This document shows positions 54,988 through 64,000 of a stretch of 64,000 nt of DNA, one piece after another. The stretch is from Octopus sinensis. Lineage: Eukaryota. A program made the translations under genes and the position numbers. The DNA lies in the NCBI RefSeq assembly GCF_006345805.1, contig NC_043003.1:103106001-103170000 (forward strand). The letters run 5' to 3'. Below the pieces are notes generated by a model. The model ran no database searches. It had not been told where the DNA came from and saw only the letters and a program-made list of their open reading frames with translations. The first letter of the stretch is position 1; every line of letters begins with the position of its first letter.

Positions 54988-56279
54988 TTGGGTTGTCCGG
55001 AAAGTTCATGCCGATTTATAGTAGCTTACCTTTCGACTTATTTTATAACATGATTGAGTCCATAAAATAGGATTTGACTACACTTCCATTTAGAGCACAG
55101 TTTAAGCCATCTTTCGATAGAAGATTTATGTTCCTATAACCTGTATTAATTCTGCAACCCTTTAAAATGGAAGATAAGAAAGTTCATTTTCGGCACTTGA
55201 TGCTTTTCTTTTTCCGTAAAGGGAAAAATACCTCACAAGCAACCAAAGAAATATGCGCAGTTTACGTGTGTAGTTTACGGTGATGTTTCTTTATCTGAAA
55301 GAACTGTACGTAAGTGGTTCGCAAGGTTCCTAGCTGGAGATTGTAGCCTTATTGATAAAGAGCGATCAGGCAGACCATCCACTACAGCTGATGACCAAAT
55401 CAAGTCATTAATTGAGAATAACCCACATTGCACAACCTGAGAATTGGCAGAAAGCCTCAACCTATCAAAATCTGTCGTTCATGAGTACCTGGTAAAGCTT
55501 GGGTACACAAACCGCTACGATGTTTGGGAACCACTTGAGTTGAGTGAGAAGAACCTTTTGGATCACATTTCCATCTGTGATTCGCTTTATAAACGGAATG
55601 AAAACGCGCTTTTTTAAAGCAAATTGTGACAGTTGATGAGAAATGGATTATCTACCGAAATGTTCAGAGAATGCGATCTTGGAGTAAGCGACATGAGCCA
55701 CCCTTAGCTACCCCAAAAGTGGGTCTTCACCTTAAAAAAGTCTTGCTTTGTGTCTGGTGGGATTGGAAAGGAATTCTGTACTATGAGCTTCTCCCAAGTA
55801 TCCAGACAATTAATTCTGAGAAATACTGCACACAACTGGACGAGTTAAAAGCAGCAATTCAAGAGAAACGTCCAGAATTGGCCAACAGGAAGGGTGTTGT
55901 TTTCCAACATGATAATGCAAGACCGCACGTTTCTTTGGGACCTAGACGAAAATTGCTGCAGCTCGGCTGGGATGTGTTACCCCACCCTCCATATTCACCA
56001 GATATTGCTCCTTCGGATTTCCGCTTATTCAGGTCTCTGCAGAATAATCTTAATGGTAAAAATTTCAATTCCTTGGATGACGTATAAAGATACCTTGATG
56101 AACTTTTGCTATGAAACCACCTCAATTCTGAGAAGAAAGTATTTTCAAGTTAAAGGAAAGATAGAGACGCATTGTGCAACAAAATGGTTCATATTTGGTT
56201 GATTAAAAATGTAATGGCAAGTATTTATTGACCTTTTTCTCTCCTTTAAAAATCGGCACGAACTTCCCGGACAACCCAA
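54988..56279 (+). mobile_element. Full-length decayed mariner (DD34D) transposon
   Basis: TIRs ttgggttgtccggaaagttcatgccgattt / aaatcggcacgaacttcccggacaacccaa|TA; transposase motifs TVDEKW, LLCVWWD, HDNARPH, HPPYSPDIAPSDF, RSGRP; premature stops present. Confidence 0.93.
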
Positions 56280-56283
56280 TAGG

Positions 56284-56362
<79 letters not shown>

Positions 56363-56795
56363 GCACTCACACGCACACACACCCACACACAAATATTTAT
56401 ATACAGGCGTACATAAACACATAAAATAGAGGCTTCATGGCGAAATTGTTAGCTTTAGAATTGGTGACTAAGATATTTAGCGATGGTGTGGAGACGATGT
56501 GTAACGAGGTGAAGATGTTACTTCGGTGGGTAGGGTGGTGGTCTTTCATACGCTTCCTCTGTGTGTGTGTGTGTGTGTGTGTGTGTTGTGTGTGTGTGTG
56601 TGTGTGTGGTGTGTGTGTGTGTGTAGTGTGTGTGTGCGTGTGTGTGTAGGTGCAGGTATGGTTGTTGAGTAAGAGCTTGCTTCCCAACCACAAAGTTCCG
56701 GGTTCAGTTCCACAACGAGACACCTTGGATAAGTGTTTCGTACTCGGGCTGACCAAAGCCTTCTGAGTAGTTTGGGTTGACGGAAAATGAAAGAA

Positions 56796-56835
<40 letters not shown>

Positions 56836-57324
56836 TCTTTTACTCTTGTACTTGTTTCAGTCATTTGACTGCGGCCATGCTGAAGCACCGCCTTTAGTCG
56901 AGCAAATCGACCCCAGAACTTATCCTTTGGAAGCCTAGTACTTATTCTATCGGTCTCTTTTGCCAAACCGCTAAGTTACGGGGACGTAAACACACCACCA
57001 TCGGCTGTCAAGCGATGTTGGAGGGACAAGCACAGACACACAATATATATACGACGGGCTTCTTTCAGTTTCCGTCTACCAAATCCACTCACAAGGCATT
57101 GGTCGGCCCGAGGCTATAGTAGAAGACACTTGCCCAAGATGCCACGCAGTGGGAATGAATCCAGAACCATGTGGTTGGTACTTACCACACAGCCACTCCA
57201 GCGCCTATATATATATTAAAATTAAAGGTAAAACCTATATTAGATTTTATCAGGTAGTCAACATGTAATAACCAATTAAGTTAAAAATTTAATAGAATAT
57301 AAAATTTAATATAATTAAATTACA

Positions 57325-58140
57325 AAATAATCACTTCATGTTTGACAATACGTTTTACCGTCGAAAATCCGGAATTACTATGGGTACAAGGGCAGCACCA
57401 GTGATTGCGAACCTAACAATGGGCTACCTGGAAGTAATAATATACCAGGAATCTTTATCGACCTTTGGAAACCCCCTTTCTCAATACATAAAAGAGAATT
57501 GGAAAAGATTCCTAGACGACTGTTTTATACTCTGGAATGAAAACACAGATAAACTCCTAAAATTCAAAGACCTATTGAACAACGTCAACCCAAACATACA
57601 GTTCACAATGGAGTACAACCAAAAGGAGCTTCCATTCTTAGATATACTAATTTTAAAAAATTAACCTAAAAATGGAAACAGACATATTTTACAAAAGCAC
57701 AGACGCCAAACAATACCTACTTTTGATTCATGCCACCCAAAACACACTAAAACAAACATCCCCTTCAACCTTGCAAGAAGGATATGCGCAATAGTTCCGA
57801 ACAAAATACCAGAAACTTTAGACTACAAGAACTCAAAAACACTCTAATTGCCAGACACTATTTAGTTCAACTCATAGAGGATGGAATCAGACGTGCAACA
57901 CAAATCGACATAGAAACCTTAAGCAAAGTTCAACACAGCAACACACCTTCCCCGAAAATACTGCCTTACATATCCACATACAACCCCAGAAACAAAGAAG
58001 CCATCACCATCATCACTCAGAATTTACCAATGCTTCATAAGGACCCAAATTATATATACATTCAAAATAAGCAACAGGATATCCAGATGAGATACAAGCG
58101 GCTCCATTTAATTGAACAATGCAATCACTAGATCAATTTA
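57325..58140 (+). mobile_element. Neptune-like PLE RT fragment (degenerate)
   Basis: FYRRKSGITMGTRAAPVIANLTMGYLE, WKRFLDDCFILW, IQFTME...LPFLDILI, SCHPKHTKTNIPFNLARRI. Confidence 0.88.
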
Positions 58141-60164
58141 AATGCAGAGCTATCCTCAGCTGCATAAATAAATAAATAGAATTTATTTAATCAGTCGAAC
58201 ATATTTATATACTTTTACTTAAATCCTCTAAGAGGGTAAGAAGACAGACAAAGTCTATGCTGCTTTCACTTCAGCTTAGAAGCTTCTAAGACATTAGGAA
58301 AAAAATTTGTTAGGTTCATAGCTTGTCACTGATTTTGATTAAGTTTTAATTTATTTGTCTTGTTTATCAAATCTTTGTATATTCAAATCTAAGACTAGAG
58401 AATAGTGTTTGTTAGGAAAGGGCATGAGGGAGTTGACAGAATCATAATGGGTATAGTCATAAAACTTGTCAAGATTATTTTGAAGTAGTATAAAGTAACT
58501 GGCTGTAGTAAAGATGGGTTGTAGAAGACCTCAAATCAAGGTGTTAATACCAGTTAAAGGGGCAAGACGCCAATAAAACCAATGATGATAATACAGAGGA
58601 AATTTTATCATGGGATTTAAATCAATCACCGAGAGGATTTAAGTAAAATTATACAAATATCTCAGACTGATTAAATAAATTCTATTTATTTATTTATGCA
58701 GCTGGGGATAGCCCTGCATTTAAATTAATGCAATGATAGCATTGTTCAATTAAACGGAGCCGCTTGAAACGGTCATTCTGAATCACCTGTGGATATCCTG
58801 TTGCTTATTCTGATTTTAGTCACCTTATTTTGAAGTTGTATATTTAATACCGCATTAATTTTGGGTGCTTCAACTTAAGTACTTAATTCATTTGAATCTC
58901 AATTATTTTGCTATATATATATATATATATATATATTCCACACCAAGGTTAATGCTTAGCATGTAAGTTTTGCCTAAAAGAGGCATTCCATATATTAAAA
59001 CACAGTTCCTCGACACTACTAAATAAATATACTGAGGCTCTAAGTACATGCAACCACCGCTTTTTTCATACTTTCAAATATTACCACAATTCTACATGCA
59101 GTCTAAATAACTACTTGAATGCGCACGTGCGTATGACTGTGTGTATGACGTGTATGATGTGCGTATGACGTGTGCGCCTGCGGGTATATATGTGCGTGTG
59201 CATGCATGTGTATATGCATGCGCAAGCATATGCGTGTATGAATACATTTACGGATGCGCGTGAGCATGCTTGTATATATATATATGTGTGTATGTATATG
59301 TGTATGAATATATATATATGTATATGTGTGTGTATGCATGTATGTATGCATATACGCACATGTATATGTACGTGTGTGTGCGCGTACGTGTGTTATACTT
59401 TCTTTCCCACTCTCTGATTGCTAGTTATCACACTAACCGATACAATCTATTTACGTCTATTTACAGAAATTTGACATCTTTATGTTCTTCCCTCCACTTT
59501 AAATTTCACTACTAAAACCATTACTCACTTTGGCATCACCCCACCCATACCTTTTCTCTACCCATCCCTTAATGCAGCTCTATCACCCCTACTCATATTT
59601 CTCACACTTATTCACTCCTTACCTTCTCATCTCTTCCTATCCCTTCCCCACTTCTCTCCCATCCTCCCCTCACATTATCTCGACCGCCAACTAACACTCC
59701 TTTTCTCACTTCTTTTACTTCTTCACTTTTTCTTTCTTTTTCACTCTTTTCACTTTTTCTCTGTTTTTCATTTCTCTTTTTTCTCTCTTTTTTCCTCTCG
59801 TTTTCTCTTCCTGTTTTCATTTTGACCTCTCTCCTCATTCTAATCATACACATCTCTTCACAAATTTTCATTCACGCCACAAGTCCCTTTCGAATGAGCA
59901 ACACAAAATTCACGGCTCCATACTTTGAAATTACTAAACATGAACTACTTTTGGAAACTACTATTTACAGGAAACTTTTTTATCACTTCTATAAACCACT
60001 TTCCTTGAATAATGGAATTGCAGCTGCAATATTTTTTTATATATTTTATATTTCATTTCTATTTTCATTCTCTTATTTGTCTCTATATTCCCTATATCCT
60101 CCTTTTCCATAATAATTCCTTATCTCTAACTCAAATATTTACCTCTATTTAACCATTTCACATT

Positions 60165-60212
60165 GTCTCTGATGAAGGGATATCCATAATATACCAGAAA
60201 CAGCTGTAAGAC
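60165..60212 (+). ncRNA. Type I hammerhead motif with canonical core and weak stem II
   Basis: GTCT-CTGATGA-A-GG g ATAT ccata ATAT a CC-A-GAAAC-AGCT-GTA-AGAC; A.A mismatch at 10.1:11.1. Confidence 0.75.
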
Positions 60213-60393
60213 TATATCTATATCTTTTTCCTTATAGATATCCTGAAAACTACTCACAGCCTTGGCTTTGTTATCACATTTTGTCTAATATATATATATA
60301 TATATATATTAGTTTGAGTCACCCCGATGAAAACTCATCGTATCTCATATATATATATATCTATATGTGCATGTATGTATATATATGTGTATG

Positions 60394-60440
<47 letters not shown>

Positions 60441-60444
60441 TATC

Positions 60445-62165
60445 GTAATATATCAAGCATCTAATGAAGTAGCCATCCCTATGAAAATCGTGATATTCGC
60501 ATTCGAGCTAGAGATAACAACCTCAAACGTGTTTCAGAGACTCATCCTTCTTATGGTGTTCGTCAGTATCCTCTTATTTTATGGAATGGACAAGATGGAT
60601 ATTATTTTAATATTCCACAGATTGAAAGGCGGTGAGCTGGCAGAAATGCTAGCACGCCAGGTGAAATGCTTGGCGGTATTTCGTCTGTCTTTACGTTCTG
60701 AGTTCAAATTCCGCCGATGTCGACTTTGCTTTTCATCCTTTCGGGCTCAATAACTTAAGTACCAGTTGCGTACTGGGGTCGATGTAATCGACTGGTTCCC
60801 TCCCGCCAAAATTTCGAGCATTGTGCCTAGCGTAGAAAAGAATATTCCATAGATTGAGCTTGCAACACGAGAGCGAATTGCAAGCAAAATGGTGTTAACA
60901 AATGACGTCTATTCCTACCAAATCAATTACACATATATCATGTAATTACACATATATCATGATCTATTTCAGCAATATCTGGTTGATATGTATGCTAAAA
61001 TTGAGAGTGAGTGTCTCCTCTACATCCATAACAATCAAAAAATGTTAAGAGATAAAAATTATTTTCATCTCCAAGATTCTCTGAGGACAGATGGTGATAT
61101 TCAAAACACGGAGCACTTATCCTCCCATCATCATTCACAGGTGGTCCTTGATATATGCACGAGCGAACACAAGATGCTATGTCATATGTCAGGACATAGG
61201 GAAAACCAGATCTTTTTGTTACTCATCTACAATCCTAAATGGGGGGAAACAAAGTTTAACCTTCTTTCAATGTTGCATCTTCTGATATTGCAGCTAACCT
61301 CTTCAATGGGAGAAGAACTGCTCATTCCATGTTCAAGCTCCCTCTAAACTTTGCAATGAAAGAATCTCAAATGTGTAACATTTATCAAAACTCTGCAATG
61401 GCAACAGTTCCCCAACAAACGTGCCTCATTGTTTGGGATGAGTACACTATGTCACACCGTGGAGCTCTAGAGGTACTTGACCATAGCCTCCAAGACATAA
61501 AGAGCAATAGCACGCTCATGGGAGGAGTAACAGTTCTTCTTGCAGATCTTCGTCAAACGTTGCCAGTTATCCCTAAAGGATCAAAAGCTGATGAGGTCAA
61601 TGCATGCTTACAAAAATCGTACTTTTGGAGACATGTGAAAAAACTTCATCTTGTAAGCAGCATGAGAGTACTTCTACAAGGTGACCATACGAGATTCTTA
61701 AGCTTGGTAATGGGATATTAACATTCAACTCAAGACTTCAGCTACATGAAATTACATGCGATCAAATGATACTTTCTCTTAGGGATCTTATGAATAAAGT
61801 ATTTCCTAATTTATCTGTCAATCACACTGATGTAAACTGGTTATGTGGAAGATTCACACTGGCTCCAACTAATGAAATGGTTGGTAAACTCAATCATGAA
61901 CTTCTTCAAAAGTCAACAGATGCATCAGAAATTACTTTTCGATCCATTGACAACAGTCGGTGAAGATCAGGTTGTTCAATACCTTGTTGAATTTCTGAAC
62001 ACACTTAAACCCACTGGAATGCCACCGCATAACTAGGTGCTCCCATTATGTTGCTAAGAAATCTTGATCCCTCTCATCTGTGTAATGGAACTCGCTTGTT
62101 ACTTCCATGAAGCCCCATGTCCTACAGGCAACAATCATAACAGGTATTCATAAAGGAGAAAATAG
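60445..62165 (+). mobile_element. Internally deleted Helitron RepHel remnant
   Basis: Rep: RDNNLKRVSETHPSY..QYPL, YLVDMYAKIESE, GGPxYMHERTQDAM-like (frameshifted). PIF1 helicase: FKLPL, LIVWDEYTM, GGVTVLL.DLRQTLPV, KPTGMPPH, LLRNLDP..LCNGTRL. Confidence 0.9.
60626..60840 (+). mobile_element. SINE family A inserted in the Helitron with a 17-bp TSD
   Basis: aatattccacagattga (60609-60625) and aatattccatagattga (60841-60857) flank a full SINE head and body. Confidence 0.9.
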
Positions 62166-62864
62166 TCTATGAGAACGACTATTTCCCTCCCCTCAAAACT
62201 GGTGGACTTATGCCAAAATTTGAGGTTTTAAAGCAATTTGTCGAATTTCTAGTGAAACAGGATAGTGTTGTAAGAATATATGTGTGTATATACAAATACA
62301 TATAAAATATTATATCCAAATATTTTACAAATATAATTTCATAAAATAACTCAATAAATATTATAATAGCATTCATATTCACCAACGTAATTCTATCACA
62401 ACTTTCTCATATTTGTTTTATATTTTTATTCATTTTTATTCTTTATTGTCATTTGTTATTTTACATACGTTCGTTTTTCTGTTTTTAGATTTACAGTATG
62501 TATTCTGTTATACATATTTTATTAGATGGCTCATTAGATATTTAATTATATTAGATTAAAACTTATTCATCTTTATTGGTTTCTTTGATTCCTTCTATTC
62601 CTTGATAGTTGCAACTCGTCCATTCATTTCCTTTATTCTTAGACATCTATCATTTCTATAGATTATACATAAATTTTAAATGTTACACATTATATACCAT
62701 ATTATATATGTTAATTACGTATTCTAATGTATATTATATATTGGTTTGTTATTTATTATATTTGAAAATATTTAAATTTATTCTGTTTATTTCATGTCAA
62801 AGTCATTATTTCCATTTCTCTTAGATGTATATATTTATATGTAGATTTGTCGGTTTGGATGTAG

Positions 62865-62942
<78 letters not shown>

Positions 62943-63304
62943 TGTGTGCATGTTTGTGTGTATGAGAGAGAAAGAGCGTGCGGCGCGCGTGTGTGTGTGT
63001 ATGTGCGTGTATGTGTGTGTTTATATAGGGGTTAGCACAGTTATACGGTTCACAGTAGACGCGGCGTTCAAATCTCATAGGAGTAATGTTACAATGTATT
63101 TCCTTCTTAAATGTAAGTATGTGAAGAGAGAGAGGAAGAGAGAGAGAGAGAGAGAGAGAGAGGAAGAAAGAGAGAGAGAGAGAGAGAACGGAAAGGCACG
63201 CGAGGTATTTGAGGACATATTTGGTAATTTAATGAAACAGCTCTGATCTTGCAATAACCAAATGTATTTTCATAAATATTTCTGCACATGTTCTCAATAA
63301 ACTT

Positions 63305-63905
63305 TCTTAAAAGATTATTTTCTGATCCACCTTTTGTTTCGATGACTATTTCAGTGCGAACCCAGAGTCATCGACATGCCTGCACTAAATTGTCTGTATT
63401 TAATTCGGACATCACCTCTAGACATTGGCTGCCTTCAGTGAAGCTATGGCGTTGTGAGAATGTCGTTTAGTCTCCCTTTCAACAATATTCCAAACGAAGT
63501 AGTCCATGAGGTTTAAATCTGTCGAGTTTGGAGGCCACAAGTTTAGTGTTACATGATAATGAAAATTGTCTAACACCAATTCATGGGTTGTGTGGTCTTT
63601 GTGAGAGTGGTCAGTCTTGTTGAATTACCCAGGGCCTGTCGCTGTGTACTTCATCCACCTAGAACTTAACTCTCTCTAGCGCCTCAACGTGCCTAGCAGC
63701 ATTAATCCTAAGACCATGTGGAAAGATGTGAAATGGCATAACCTTACCTTTGTTACTCACTATTTTTAAAACCGCCACAGTCGCCGGAACTTATTGTGCA
63801 TCACTCTTGGAACATCAGATAATTCTGCATGTAACCATCTATCATTTCTTCTGTTAGACTTTTGTCCTGGGTCGAAGGTTTCTTCATCAAGAAAAAAAAA
63901 AGCAT
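63305..63905 (-). mobile_element. maT (DD37D)-like transposase remnant
   Basis: FFLDEETF...NRRNDRW...SDVP, GKVMP..IF.HGLRINA, RPWVIQQD, LWPPNSTDLNLMDYFVW, LKAA, IETKGG. Confidence 0.8.
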
Positions 63906-64000
63906 GCAGAGAGTTTGTCCCGGTACTATTTGAATGTTATGGGGTCTTTTACTTTTTGGATTTCTTTCGGGATAATGTTAGACAAAACAGGACCAGTTGA

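Overview
Non-coding, AT-rich, microsatellite-laden animal genomic DNA. The SINE families and repeat load point to an octopod cephalopod; this is inference, not verified. No complete host gene can be supported; only a few candidate short exons on + were found, at low confidence. Most ORFs in the supplied track are microsatellite artefacts. Recognisable content is transposon debris: five Penelope-like element (PLE) remnants, four Tx1/L1-clade LINE pieces, an R4/Dong-like fragment, full-length but decayed Tc1 and mariner copies, a maT-like fragment, an internally deleted Helitron, MITEs and four tRNA-derived SINE families. The most striking unexplained signal is about 11 type I hammerhead-ribozyme (HHR)-like motifs from at least six sequence families, mostly with palindromic stem III. 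Three unrelated HHR families sit in head-to-head foldback elements (17.1-17.6, 32.4-32.6 and 34.3-34.8 kb), and two more foldbacks are made of PLE coding sequence. One HHR has a ~97-nt stem II insert and one has a U3/A8 covariant core. Other points of interest are a Tx1 copy embedded in a (GATA)n array, a Tx1 5'-inversion with twin-priming geometry, and a snap-back copy at a LINE 3' end. All structures were read by eye; nothing was computed or searched.
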